Source: the human T2T-CHM13v2.0 reference genome, Homo sapiens. From it: a stretch of 64,000 nt of DNA. The first letter of the stretch is position 1; each line of letters begins with the position of its first letter. A model generated the notes under the pieces. It ran no database searches. It saw nothing but the letters and a program-made list of their open reading frames with translations, and was not told the origin of the DNA. The position numbers and the translations under genes were made by a program. Of the stretch, positions 1-12,650 are shown piece by piece. The stretch lies in assembly GCF_009914755.1 (NCBI RefSeq), contig NC_060935.1. One strand, 5' to 3'.

Positions 1-191
1 GTGCACTGAATCTGGCCTGCCACGTGTTTTCATAAATAAAGTTTTATTGCAACACAGCCATGCTCATTTGTTTAAGTATGGTCTGTGGCTGCTTTTGACT
101 ATAATGGCAAATTGAGTCATTGCCACAGAGACCATTTGACCTGCAGAACCCAAAATATACCTAGCCCTTTACAGAAAAATTTGCTGACTCT
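1..191. mobile_element. MER58A-like hAT-Charlie MITE (clipped by window start)
   Basis: Matches recalled MER58A: AAATAAAGTTTTATTGcAACACAGCCA...GCCCTTTTACAGAAAAATTTGCTGAC. Confidence 0.8.
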
Positions 192-325
192 TATTCTATT
201 GGCTTGCCATCTGTTTTGGTGATCCACTGTTATGTAACAAACCAACCCAAAGCGCTCTCCCTTTTTACTTCTTCCTACCTATCTCTCAATCTTGATTGAT
301 TCTGAGGCTGTCCTGAGGATGTGGG

Positions 326-667
326 TGCTATAGATTGAATGTTTATATCCCTCCAAAATGTATATGTTGAAATTCTAACCCCTCCGAGTGATGGTATTAG
401 GGGGTGGAGCTTTTGGGAGGTGATACCCCATGAACAGGATAAATATCCAGGAGGCCCCAGAGGGCATCCTTCCCCTTCTACAGTGTTGGGACACAGCCAG
501 AAGGCAGCCGTCTATGAACCAGGAAGCAGGCCCTCTCCAGACACTAAATCAGCCAGTGCCTTGATCTTAGACTTCCTGACCCCAGAACTGAAAAAAACAA
601 AATTCTGTTGTTTACAAAGCACCCAGTCTATGGTATTCTGTTATAGCAGCTTGTGCAGACTAGGTCA
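326..667 (+). mobile_element. MLT1A0-like MaLR solo LTR
   Basis: TGCTATAGATTGAATG...GACTAGGTCA termini; 5-bp TSD gtggg/gtgga. Confidence 0.85.
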
Positions 668-1849
668 GTGGACCTAACTGAGAGCCTGCCTATGGTGTTG
701 GGTGGGCCACAGGGTTTTGATGGTACTCTGTGGTTGGGGTCTCCACACGCTTCAGATACCTCTGTTAGTCCTAAGACCTCCCCAAGTGTTTGGATTTGTC
801 CCAAGATGAGCTTGGCATGTAGCGTGGGGGCCCTTACGACTTATAATGGGAGAGTTCCAGGTCCTAACAGTGAGTAGCTCTGCCCACCAATGTTTGTTGA
901 GTGAAGAATGAACATGAGGGTCAATCCCAGCCTCACCCTGGTCAGAGATTCTCTATCCTGACCCCTGGTATGAGATCCCAGTCTTTTGGCTTCTCCCACT
1001 CGTGCTTGGCCCTTCCTTTCCTGCCCTTGCTGGATGTACCTGTCTGTCTCCTCTCTGTACTGCCCCTTGCACGGGGGAACAGTGAACTCTGCTACTGGAA
1101 ACCTTGGAAAAGGACAGCATATACATATGTACATTGTAGAAGAAGAGAATAAAATGGGTCAGAATATCACCCCAGGCCCTTGCTCCAAAAGATGAACAGT
1201 TTCTTTCTCCTTCGAAAAATCTACTCAGTAAGGCATAAAGCAGAAGAAACCTGGCAATTCTATTTGAAATAGAATCCTCTTCCCAAATTACCATATTTCC
1301 AATTAGAACCACATCTTCCCCCTGGCCTCTGCCCCCTTGCTCTCTCTTCTGTGCAAAGCTGTAGTGGGGAAATGTGGATTCCACTGATTAAAAGGAGCCT
1401 GTGATGGGCCTGCCACCAGTGGGTTCTGAAGAGACACATCCAATTAAAACAGACAACATTTTCAAAGACCCTAGTCAGCATTTCATCTCCTCAGCACTTT
1501 CTCCAACATGTCAGTGTTACCTGTGGCAGTTCTTCTCGCCCCCCGGCCCCCAGCCCCCTGGCAACATGAAATTTAGGTCAGTAACTGCATAATCCACAAA
1601 AGCAACCCTGGTTGCCTCCTCTCCCTCCTCCCACCTTGGGAGTTGTATGTTTGGAAATACATAACTGGCCCAGTCATTTCCCCCCAGCAGACTTCAGGGT
1701 CTGGGGTGGGAACTCAAGCCTGGCAATGCTGGGAGGCTGATGGCACCTGTGATGAGACAGAGACTGAAACTGATGATGTGATTCAAGAATGAAATAAAGC
1801 CCAGCTCCCACCCAGGGGGCCAGCTGAGCTGTCTCATTGTAACATTAAA

Positions 1850-1977
1850 CTCTATACTCTACCTTGCAAATCAACTGTGTGACCTGGGAGAGCCACTAAC
1901 CCACTCAGGGCCCAGGTTTTCATCCATGAGATGGGGTGAGCTGGCTGAACCTCTAAGCCTCCCCTGCTGCTCTAGTG
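1850..1977 (+). mobile_element. MIR SINE fragment
   Basis: MIR core CTGTGTGACCTGGGagAGCCACTAAC...TTTTCATCcATGAGATGGG. Confidence 0.65.
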
Positions 1978-2559
1978 CCAATACTTCTCTGCTTTCACAG
2001 AGCCTTTTGGAGGCAAATACTCTTTCTCAGGGGTAATGGGGGTGCAGGTCACCCCACTAATCAGCTGAGTGTAAATCTGTGTCCACTCGTTTCTGGAGAT
2101 GCCTTTGTGAGACCTGGGCAACCCCATTTCCCAGACAGAGAAATGCCACTTAGCCAAACTAGCAGAGGGAATTGGCTTCCTCCCTAAGCATCGCGCTTGC
2201 CATTGACACAGCACTGTTTTCTCAAACAGGAAAGTAAATTCTGTGCTGGGAAAAGTGAGAGACAGAGTAGGCAGGCTGGAGCCAGCCCAGGGGAAGAGGA
2301 CGTAGAAAATGTCTCCTCATACTCCTCCTCCCTTAAGCAGGCCTCTCCTGTGCAGAATTCCTGGCATTTATCAGAGAAAAGCTTTTCACTCTACATTTTT
2401 CCACAGTAAAAAATAAGAGAGATAGACCTAGGAACAGCCACCCTAGTTTTGTCTAAAAGACCATCTGACCACAACTGCAGCCTGGAGAGGGCACACGGGG
2501 ACACACTGGGTTAGGCTACGGCCATTCATCTTCATCAGTTGGGTCACACTTAGCTACAG

Positions 2560-2725
2560 GGACACAGAGCTGGAAGGGATCTTAGGTATTATCCAGTCCA
2601 ACCTCCCCAGTCTCCAGGTGAGAAAATGGGCCCAGACAGGGAAGGTGACTTGCCCTGTTCACACAAGTTACTGGGAAGAAGGTGGACTAGGTATTCCTGA
2701 CTGGCAACTAAGGTACTATCCATTA
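2560..2725 (-). mobile_element. MIR/MIR3 fragment
   Basis: Antisense core GAGAAAATGGGCCCAGAcAGGGAAGgTGACTTGCCC. Confidence 0.7.
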
Positions 2726-2769
2726 TCTTACAGCCTTCATGCTATCCTTGTTTTCTTCTTCCCTGTTTG

Positions 2770-3140
2770 AGAATGAATGCAACTCAACAGGTATTTATGG
2801 AGCCCTCGCTTTGTTCCAGGCGCCATGTTGGGCATTGGGAATGGAGAAATGAATGACCCACACTATGACCTCAAGAAATTCACTGTGTCCTAGGGGAGAT
2901 ATTTATGTAGAGAAAGAAGTCTAGGTGAGCATGATAAACCCAGGCCAGATCCCTCACCTGAGCTCCTGAGCAACTGCCCCTTCCTCAGTAGTTGCACTGA
3001 CTGCACTGAATTATGAGTTGATTCCACTCAACCCTGAGATCCTGGAAGACAAGGGCTGGCTTATTAATTTGTGCATCCACAATGCCCACAGCAGTGTTTA
3101 ATACATGGATGGTGCTTAGTAAATATTTTTGAATAAATAT
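2770..3140. mobile_element. Two L2 3'-end fragments (minus then plus)
   Basis: CAACAGGTATTTATGGAGC... (minus) and ...GTGCTTAGTAAATATTTTTGAAT (plus) L2 termini. Confidence 0.6.
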
Positions 3141-3294
3141 GTAAATGTTTCACTTAAAACATAGTAACTAGGGAAGTTATTTAACATTCCTATGATTCAG
3201 TTTCTTTGTATATAAAATAAAAATAAGTATTTTATTTTCCAACTCTCGTGGACTAGCTTGAATTAAAATAACCATGTTGCTGAGAACTATAAAA

Positions 3295-3440
3295 CTATGT
3301 GTGTGTGTATATATATATAATATGCACACACATATAATATACATGCCTTTAAAATAATATATACGTATTATTTGCATGTATATATGTTTTTAAATTAAAT
3401 ATACATACCTTTAAAATAATATATAGATAAATATTATTTT
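3295..3440. repeat. AT-rich (TG)n/(TA)n low-complexity tract with a 27-bp direct repeat
   Basis: ATATACATrCCTTTAAAATAATATATA at ~3337 and ~3399. Confidence 0.75.
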
Positions 3441-3536
3441 TAAGTGTATTGGCAGGAAGGCAGTGATGACCGGAATTGTCAAAATCCCAAAGAGAAAGAA
3501 AATGTTACCCCAACATTTGGAACCAGTTTTCCCCCT

Positions 3537-3919
3537 TGATATGGTTTGGCTCTGTCCCCACCCAAATCTCGTGTTGAATTGACATCCTCAATCTTGGGGA
3601 GGGGCCTGGTGGGAGATGATTGGATCATGGGGGTGGATTTCCCCCTTGCTCTTCTTGTGATTATGAGTGAGTTCTGATGAGATCTGGTTATTTTAAAGTG
3701 TGTAGCACTTCCCACTTCACTCTCTCTCTCCTGCTCTGCCATTGAAGACGTGCTTGCTTCCCCTTCACCTTTCAACATGATTGTAAGTTTCCTGAGGCCT
3801 CCCCAGAAGCAGAAGCCGGTACAGCCCACAGAACTGTGAGCCAGTTAAACATCTTTTTTAAAAATAAATTACCCAGTCTCAGGTAGTTCTTTATAGCAGT
3901 GCAAGAACAGACTGATACA
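3537..3919 (+). mobile_element. MSTA MaLR solo LTR
   Basis: TGATATGGTTTGGCTCTGT...GACTGATACA; perfect 5-bp TSD CCCCT (3532-3536/3920-3924). Confidence 0.9.
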
Positions 3920-3924
3920 CCCCT

Positions 3925-4450
3925 CAAGGTATTTTCTGACTTCTAAGAGGCAGCCAAGAGACCCAAAAACTGGGCAGAAAATGGTGGCTAAAGAGCTGAG
4001 AAGCTAAGCAAAGCTTTCAGTGGTCATTTTTTGGAAGTTAAAAATTGGGATTAAGAGCCCACCAAGGTGGAGGGACACTGGTAAACACATGGAAGGTCAA
4101 CACTCCAGGAGCAATGATGAATTGGAAACAGGCTGGACATCACAAAGACTAAAGCACAGATTCAAATCGGTTCAATTACGGAGTTGATTAACTGACTTGT
4201 CTCGATCTGGATTGCCTTCAGAAGCAGAAGTAAATCCTCTCTGGAAAAACATATCATCCAGAGCCTTGAAAGGCCTCCACCATTTTCATGCAAAATTACT
4301 GGCGTTCAACTTCAGATCATCAGATATACTAGAGATCAAGAAGAAAGGATGAAAACGAGAAAAATAGACAAGAGAAACAGACCAATAGAGGAGCCAGTTA
4401 TTGGAATTATTAGACATAAATGTTAATATACAAAACAGGTATAACAATGA
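3925..4450 (+). mobile_element. Degraded old L1M 5' region fragment
   Basis: A-rich, resembles old L1M 5'UTR/ORF1 start (GTAAATCCTCTCTGGA...GTTATTGGAATTATTAGACA). Confidence 0.45.
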
Positions 4451-4457
4451 TGGCTAC

Positions 4458-6030
4458 TGATGGCAGTGGTGGCCCATCTGGAGTGGCTGCTGTGAAGATG
4501 CTGGCTGCAGCAGGGGAGGCACAGCAGGGGCTACATGCTCTATAGAGCCCACGGGAGCTAGGAACAGGTGGGAGCCCCGTTCCCCTTTGGAGTTGGCTGG
4601 GTGGGAGCCCCACCCTGCTGGGCGCAGCTGCAGCCACCCAGCCATGGCTGCAGACTGGGCATCTCTGTGCTCTCAGGGGCCTGGCAACCCCCCTCAACCC
4701 CCACAGGCTTGGAAGTGCCTGCTTCTGCTGCCTGGCCTCTTCCTGCTCCCAGTGCCTGCTCCGATTTCAGAGCAAAGTTGTGGCTGAGGCCAGTTGCTAT
4801 TATGACTCAGCTGGGTGTGCACATGCTCAGGGCAGCACTGACATGCCAGTCCCCTGCTGCCTTGGCCCCCTCTAGACTTTGGGCACCAATGATCATGGAA
4901 GGGAGGCCAAAGGCAGGGCTGAGGGTAGCTCGGAGCAGGCCTGCAGGAACCCCTCAGCACAAACAGCCTGTGCGCTGTGGACAACATGTTGTTGGCAACA
5001 GGAGGCAGACAGGCTCCTGGGCAGAAAGGGGCATGCCACATGTGATGTCCCACCTTCAAGCAAGGGATGACCTGAAACATGAGGGCTGGGCTGCCAGTTC
5101 CTGGTGGAGTTCGTGGCTGGGAGTGAGAACTTATGATGCTTTATCTAGGCCCACTTATGGCTACCTATGGATATGTTAGCATGCACTTGCTCCCTTCAGA
5201 AGCCCACAAAAACCCCAGACTCAGCCAGACTCACAGAGATGTTGGGATGACCTGCCTGCAGATAGGAGCTAACCACTGCAGGTCTCTTTTCGGCTGAGAG
5301 CTGGACGCTAGTCAGGACGACCTGCAGAAAGGAGCTACCCACTGCATGTCTCCTGAGACCTGTTCTGTTACTCAGTGAAGCTTCTCTTTGCCTTGCTCAC
5401 TCTCCAGTTGTATGTATACCTCATTCTTCCTGGATGTGGGACAAGAAATCAGGACCTGCCAAATGGCAGGACTGAAGGAGCTATAACACAAACGGGGCTG
5501 AAACACTCCCCCTGGCTGACCACATTGCAGGCAATGAAAAGGAGAGAAGAGTTGCAGCCCTTCACGGAGCTCAGAACTAGGGGCTCCCTGAGCCAGGGCT
5601 ATGACACCCTCTTTGGGGCTCTGCAGTCCCTGGTGTCTCCAAGATTCCAGGCACCACTATGTTCCCTTCATTCAGAAATGGGTGCCCGCAGTGGAAGCTG
5701 CATGTGGTACATCTGGTCCAGCTGGAGTCTCACATGGAGCCAGCACCTGTGCCAGCATCTGGAGCTGCCTGCTCTGCCACAGCAGTCAGCACGCCTGGAT
5801 GTGCACAGTGGCCAGACCCCACACTCACTTGCCCACGCACCCCTTGCCACTCTGCACCTGGCTTGCCCTTGGCAGGTGTGGGATCAGGGCTGAGAGCGTG
5901 AGCCAAGCACAGCCTGCCAGGCTGAGTGGGTGGAACGAACCCAGTTGGTGCAAGCAATACTCAGGCAGAAGGCGCCACCAGCCACAGAGGTTTCCAGCTG
6001 GCAAAGCGACACCCCAAGGATCCCGTGACA
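4458..6030 (+). mobile_element. MER52A-like ERV1 solo LTR (1573 bp, GC-rich)
   Basis: Starts TGATGGCAGTGGTGGCCCATCTGGAG, ends CCCCAAGGATCCCGTGACA; 4-bp TSD ctac/ctat. Confidence 0.85.
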
Positions 6031-6479
6031 CTATTAAATGTGTTAATATGTGTTTAATGCTAAGAATAATGCCTGGTGCATAGTAAATTGATATACTTGC
6101 TTGTTAAATATAAAAAATTATTTCGGAGTCATGTTCTGTTTGTGGAAAATATCAATCTCTTATTCAATGGACACTTATTGGGTCAGGTAGGTACTATGCT
6201 AGGTTCTATGAACAAAAATAAGGGGAGGGTCCTGACTTCAAGCTGCTCACAGTGGAATGAAGATAGCAAGGGAAGATCTTAAAGGGTTTTTCTAAAGAAC
6301 AGAGAGAGAGTAATAATCAGAGGAGAAGTATATTGGGAAAATAGATATAGGTATACAGAATAGACAGGTAAATAATATGGCAGATACTGTGGCCAAAGAT
6401 ATGGCCAGCTGAAGTCTGATGTCTCATCAAAGCCTTTGGGCATTGGTTGGGATCATCTCCCATTCCCGGGGTAGCTAGG

Positions 6480-6605
6480 ACAGTACCCCATTTTATATGG
6501 CAGAAAACAGAGGCCCAGAAAGGTTAACGGATTTTCCCTGGGCCAAAGGAGATTTGGCACTGAGGCCAGGATAGCCTTCTGACTGCCAGCCAGTGCTCTT
6601 TCTCT
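6480..6605 (-). mobile_element. MIR fragment
   Basis: CCCCATTTTATATGGCAGAAAACAGAGGCCCAGAAAGGTTAA. Confidence 0.7.
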
Positions 6606-7624
6606 TTCCTCATTATGGCACTACTTCAGAATATGTGACTCCAGGCCAAGGTGAAGGAAGACACATATAGCAAGAATCTCTCCAGTAGTTTTCTTTAATC
6701 CTCCTTGGCAGTGTGAGTCTATATTGCTTTTTCTAAGACTTAGCTTTTAAAAGGCTGAAGATTCTGATTACTTCCCAGCTGAGGGTCTGCAGGTGTGAGA
6801 AACCCTGGCTGAGCCCCTGTCCAGGTAGGAACCCCTCCAGGACATTGATGGGCAGCATGGCTTCATTCCAGGAGGCCAGCTGTTAGAGCCATTGACCATC
6901 TGCAGCTCACTCAAGTTTTGTAGAATGTGCCCACTGTCAGAGGGCCATGGGAATCACAGGCACAGGCCCCTTGAGTTTTCCCCACTAGCTTGCTGCTTAG
7001 AGAAACGGCCAGATCATAACTGAAGATTTATGATTCTTTTGGTTGGAAGGCTCCCATCTCTCTCGGCCCATGTGACCTTCCCTGTAGTTGTCTCCATTTG
7101 CTTTTGGCTTCTTTGCATGGAAAAAAAAAAGGCTGTGCTCAGGAAGCTGTACTCCAAGGGAATAGATAGGACAGCTCAGAACAGCATCATGGCCCCACCT
7201 ACCAGGATAAGAGCAGCATACCCCAGAATGGCATTCGTGGAACGGTAAGCCTATTTTGAGTAGATGCCTGCTGTCTCTGTGAATGCATGAGACAGTCTCC
7301 TTGCATGGGACCAATGCCAAGTCCTTTCAGGTAGTGAAATATCAAGCACAGGCTGTGCTGGAGGAAGCTCCCCTGGGAGGGCAGGTGGAGGCGACTCCAG
7401 AGTGGGTGGCTAGAAAGGAAAAGTCATCCTGTCTCTATTTAAGACATGACAGCAATATGAGACGGAGGAACATGAGAAATACCATGGGAGGTCACATGCA
7501 TGACACACTTATGCCCCACACTCTGACATTTGTTGCTAGGGCCATGCTGGCCATGAAGTCATTACTCAAGTCAGTCTCATTTTCTTCCTAAGCCATTGAT
7601 GAAGGAGAAGAATAAAGGGCTGGG

Positions 7625-7820
7625 AGAGCACTCCTGGCTTTAAATCTCAGCCTCCCTGCTCACCAGTGGGGTGATGTGAACCTTAACCTCTCTGAGTTTC
7701 AATATCCAACCTGTAAAGTGAGGATTATGATACCTGCCCTGACAACTTCAGAGGATTTTTTTTGAGGGGCAAAAGAGCTTGAACTTGTGTGAAAAGCACT
7801 TGGTTAACTATAAAGCAGTG
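7625..7820 (+). mobile_element. MIR fragment
   Basis: CTTAACCTCTCTGAGTTTCA...CTGTAAAGTGAGGATTATGATACCTGCCCT. Confidence 0.7.
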
Positions 7821-9454
7821 ATGTAGTCTCCAGATCTGCTGCCTGTTCACAAACAATGTTTCCAATTCACAGAAGGGCCTGGGCCAGAATGCAAATCAAT
7901 AGTCACAAACATACTTTAGTTCAGGTGACAGTATTTTTATAGTAAGACTTTCTCATTTAAGGATGTAATGCTGGGGCAAATTCCTCATCTCATTGTGGAT
8001 CTGGACTTTGAATAGCACTGCTGTAAACACAATACACATAGACATCTCTTGCCTTAAATTCCCTTATCCCAGGTCCCCTGCTCTCCCCTAACCCTGTCAT
8101 CCTATCCAACTGTTGAACTCTTACTCATTTTTTAAGATACAGCTCAAGCATCTCCCAAGCAAGATCCCTGTAGCAGAACCAATTCCCTCCCCCTTGGGCC
8201 TCCACTGTGTGGCAATTATGAACGCAATATCTGTCCCCCAATTAGGCTGTAATGTTCTTGATGTCATCTATGTGTTCAGAGACTGGCACAGAGGAGCTTC
8301 TCAATGCGTACTTGTCTAGTGAATGAAAGTTAAATTATAGAAAGTGTTGTGTTCGCTCTGCCTATTTCTCAGGTGGGTGCCACCTGTTCAGGGAGCCTGA
8401 ACAGCTGCCAGGTGTGGTGATTAAGATACAATCCTGCCTGAAGGCTGAGAAAGGAGCCAATAACCCTTTGAAATTTAAAGACTTTATGGAACTTGATTCA
8501 TTCACCACACAATTATTAGTCACAAACACATGGCAGGCTTGCCATAAGGCACTGGGGATACAACTATGAATTAAATACAGTATCTGCTCTTCAGAAAATG
8601 CAATACCCAGCCTACCTGTGTAGGCATATGCTCATAGAAGGTGGAGTAAGGCCTGTTTCTGGTACCTGGAAGTCCAGCATCACGTGTCCACCCCTTGATG
8701 TTGGGTTAGGCAAGCTCTTTGTAGGCTGAGGCATTCATAATATGGAGTGGGTCAAAGTCTTGATTTCTGAAGAATCCCTCAGAGCCTCACTTGCAGGTGG
8801 GAAAAAGGATTGCTATTTAGATGACAGGAGAGAGAGGTTAGGATCAAGGAAGGGCAATCAAAAGACAGGGGTCCAGCAAGGGAGGGCTCAGCCTAGTTCT
8901 CAGGCCACAGTACCTTTCCCTCAATCTTCCTGGTTACCCCTTGTCCTATCTCTAGATGCAGCTCTTGCATTTGGTCCCTCCTTCCTTTGGACTGCCTCCA
9001 TTTGTTTAGTTTACATCATTCTGGCACTTACTCAGCTCCTTTATAACTATTGGTTTGTAGGCCTGCTTCTCCTCCTTAGCTGTGCACTCCAGATGGCACA
9101 GACCATATTTCCTTCCTTTTATCTTTGGCCCCAAATGTGTATTTCTTGAATAAATGAATAATTATCTCCATTTATACAAATGAAGACCTAGGCTCAGAAA
9201 TACTGTGCCCTCCTGACATTACAGGCTGGGTCAAGATGTGAGCTGGATCTTCTGACTCCTCTCTGGGGCTCTTTCCCTGAGGCCCAGCCACACCTGCAGG
9301 ATGGCCCCATGACCATCATTGGAACACTACTACTCTACATCATCTTTCCTATCCTGAGAAGTAGAAACTGAGGCCTAAAAGCAGCTTATGGTCTAAAAGT
9401 TTGAAAATAATGGCAAAGTGAGGGCCTGAATTAAGTTTTCTAGTCTCTTAAGTC

Positions 9455-10460
9455 AGCAAATCTGGAAGTCATTCTTGACATCTCCTTCACAAATCATCTC
9501 CCATTCAAATTGTTGCAGAACCCAGCTAGGGTCCACTTGCCCAGTGCAGTAAGGCTAAACATCCATACAGAAGTTTGCAGCAGGAGAAAGGAAGGCATTT
9601 ATTTTCAGGGCACCAAGCAAGGAGAACTGGGCAGCTCATGCTTAAGACTCATCCTCCCTGATGGCTTGCAAGTAAGGGCTTTTAAAGGTGGGGAGGAAGA
9701 GATTACAGGCAGTCATATATCAATACACAGAGGCTATCCATTGGTTTAACCTAAAAAGGTGGAACATCTCAAAGCAGGGGCTTATAGGTCATAGGTAGAT
9801 TCAAAGATTTTCTAATTTGCAATTGGCTTAGGAGACAAAGCTTTGTCTAAAAATGTGAGGTCAGAAAAGAACGTTGGTTCTTGCTCAGGGGCATAGCCTT
9901 ACCTCCAGGTCCCTCAGGAAGAAATTTAGAGCAAAGAACAGAGGTCAGAGTTCAGTTCTCAGCCCTCCCTTATCTGAGGCCTATGTGGCAGTGGGTCTAT
10001 TTGATGGGGGCCTGGGGTTCTGCAAAACAGCTCACGGACATAAGTTGAGTCATCTTTAGTTTGTAGAGGGAACATCTCGTGACTCTAACTTCCTTGGCTC
10101 GTGTTTTAAGCTATTATTACCTTCTAGCTTATCAAGTTGCTCATTTACTTCTCAGGACTACCTGGGTACCTGGAATTTCCCCTGAATGAACCCAAGATTT
10201 TCCTTTATTTCCATGCTTAGAGCTGGGGACAGCAGGCCTTTAAGAGGAGTCCCTACTCTGTCTCAAAATTATTACTAAATCCAGTGGATTCTGCCTCTTT
10301 CATGTCTCTCATTTCTCTGTCTCCACTGTCACTGAATGAGGCCTTCAGCAGCCTCCTTCAGCCTTCTCCTGCCCCTTTTACCCCATCATTATCCTCCATA
10401 GTGCAGCTAGAGTGGCCTTTCTAAAAGGAAAACCCAGGCATGCCCTTTCTCTTTTTGTCT
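9455..10460 (+). mobile_element. L2 fragment split by the MER39 LTR
   Basis: AAATCTGGAAGTCATTCTTGAC...CCATTCAAAT | TATTACTAAATCCAGTGGATTCTGCCTC reads as continuous L2. Confidence 0.65.
9511..10265 (-). mobile_element. MER39-like ERV1 solo LTR
   Basis: Minus strand begins TGAGACAGAGTAGGGAC...AAGCATGGAAATAAAGGAAAATCTTG; perfect 4-bp TSD AAAT (9507-9510/10266-10269). Confidence 0.8.
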
Positions 10461-11419
10461 GACTTCTCACTTCTCCAGCCTTCTTTTCAGCATTCAACCC
10501 CTAACTTAGGGGGTTTCCCCAGACTGCCTCCCCCTTGCCAGCTCCAGCCTTTAAAACCCTCTCACCCTGCTCTGGAGTCCCCAGTGTCAGTCCCAAGGCC
10601 TTGAAACCACATTTTCCTCTGACCCGTCCCTTTGGGTTAATAAACTGGTTGCTCATCTGCCTGGCTTTGATTATTATCTCAGACTCACCCTGATGCCTCT
10701 GACAATCTCTGTGGGTTGGTCCAACAGCAGCCTCATCCCTACCTTATCCTTACCTCACTCTCTGAGCGACTCTAGCCCGAGTTATCAGTCTGGGTCTGAT
10801 CATTTTAGCTCTCACTTGTCTGGAAGGGCTCCCAGAATGAAGGAATAAATGGCTCTCTCCACTTTCTCTCCTACTTCTTACTCAGGCCCCAGGATCCTCA
10901 TCCTAGGCTGTGGTTCTTAGACAGTCCTCCTGAAGCTCCCTCACTCTATACCTATCCTCTCTGAAGTGACCCATTCTCCAAAGTAATATCACCCTTCCTT
11001 TCTCTATCCCCAGACCAAAACTTCCCTCTCCAACAGGGTGGCTGATACAGAGAAAGAGGGCAGGCATGGGCCTCAGGAGGCATGGGGTGTAGTCCCAGGT
11101 CCTGTCCCTTAGTTCCTGTATTCCTGTGTAGCTCCTGTCAGTGAAAGGTTTCTCCTCCTAGAACTGAGGTGAAGCTCAGCAAGACCATAAATGTGACAGC
11201 TCTTTGTATAAAAAGCTCATGGCTGAGAGCAAAGCTGAAACAGTGGGAGATGGATTTGCAAGCAAGGCTTTCCTCTATCGTGATGCCCTGGGCCTGCCAG
11301 TCTTCCTGAATTGAGGAACACCAATCCACTGCTTCATTTCTGTCTTTCCAACGGCTATGCCAAAACCAGGGCTGGTGTTGCAGCCCTCCTGTTAAGAACT
11401 ACTGATAGAGAAAGTCCCA

Positions 11420-11630
11420 GCCACAAGGCTGTCCTAGGCTTACAACAAGGCACTTAGCGTTGTTTTATCTTATGTGATCTTGGCAACATTTTTATGAGTC
11501 AGGCAGGGAAGGTATTAATATCTCCATTCTATAGCCAAGGAAACCAAACTAAAAAATGTGGAAATACTTGTTTACAATCACAGAACTAAATTCAATGCCA
11601 GGTTTCTTAAACCTAAAGCTATATTGCTGC
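11420..11630 (-). mobile_element. MIR fragment
   Basis: TATCTCCATTCTATAGCCAAGGAAACC antisense MIR core. Confidence 0.6.
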
Positions 11631-12479
11631 TCCTTGTAGACCAAAGTAATATAATTGACGAGGGGGCCTCACTCCTTCAGTTTTTCCTTTCCTTCCTGCC
11701 TTCTTTCCATTTAGTGGAATACTGGGAATAAAAAGAGACAGGCTCAGGGGCATGGGACTTAATCCAAGGTAATGAAAGCTAGCTTTAATAGAGATTCAGA
11801 TCCCACAAAGAGCTTTGGGGCCCAGGGTAGGGAGCTGGGAGATAGGAACATGCATCTTTCAAAAGGACATATAAGCTCTATACAAACAAATGTGCATAAG
11901 GAGGAGAGCAATCATTACCTGGGAAGAATGTGCTTCAAGTTGCCCACTTCCATTAGGCTCTATTCTAACTCCATGTGAAAAGCTCCTAAGGGTGACAGCG
12001 ACAGGGAGGTACCCATTTTCAGTCCCCTCCTTGGAGGCTGTATTGAAGAGTGGCCTTTCAGCATGGTACTGAAGGATGACTAACACCCCTCTTTTAGGCT
12101 AACTTGGAGGAATCTAGACCTGTCCCAATAGCTATGATTTAACATCCTTGGCCCTCTGTCATGCAGAAAAGAATGGGGTAGGCATGTGCAGACAGATTCA
12201 GGCAGCCCCCAGGTAGCTCTTAACATGAGCCCTAGGCACCAAAAGAAAGGAAAAGGCTCAGAATTTCTCCCTTTCCAATGAATCCCCCATAGTCTGGGCC
12301 TCTCAGCCCAGCTCCCTCCCAAACACTCAGCTCCCCACTCCTCTCTGAGAATCACCCCACCCACTGGCCCCCTGGGCTTGGAGCCCCATAGCCTGACTGA
12401 GTCAGCATGTCCTACCTTCATTCATGCTTGGTTCTGAAGGGGTCCAGTGATATCAGTAGTAACCCTGAGGCAGCCACTA

Positions 12480-12650
12480 GCCAGCTTCACTTCATAGCTT
12501 TATCTTCAGTTTCCTCTGCCGTAAAACAAGGGAAATGACTATACCTCCCCTGCTCTTCTCACGGGCCTGTTGTGAAGATTAAATGAGATAATTCAGGTGA
12601 AAGTGTTTTGCAAATTCTGAACTATAATTATGCTCACAATTATTAATATA
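12480..12650 (+). mobile_element. MIRc-like fragment
   Basis: TTCAGTTTCCTCTgCCGTAAAAC...GTTGTGAAGATTAAATGAGATAAT...GTGAAAGTGTTTTG. Confidence 0.75.

Noticed and set aside
4410-6083. Cluster of long ORFs (up to 203 aa) on both strands
   Set aside because: They lie essentially within the GC-rich MER52A LTR, show no recognisable domain and overlap in several frames
6997-7591. Possible pseudogene suggested by hydrophobic ORFs
   Set aside because: Manual minus-strand translation is interrupted by stops and resembles no family I know; no poly(A) or TSD seen
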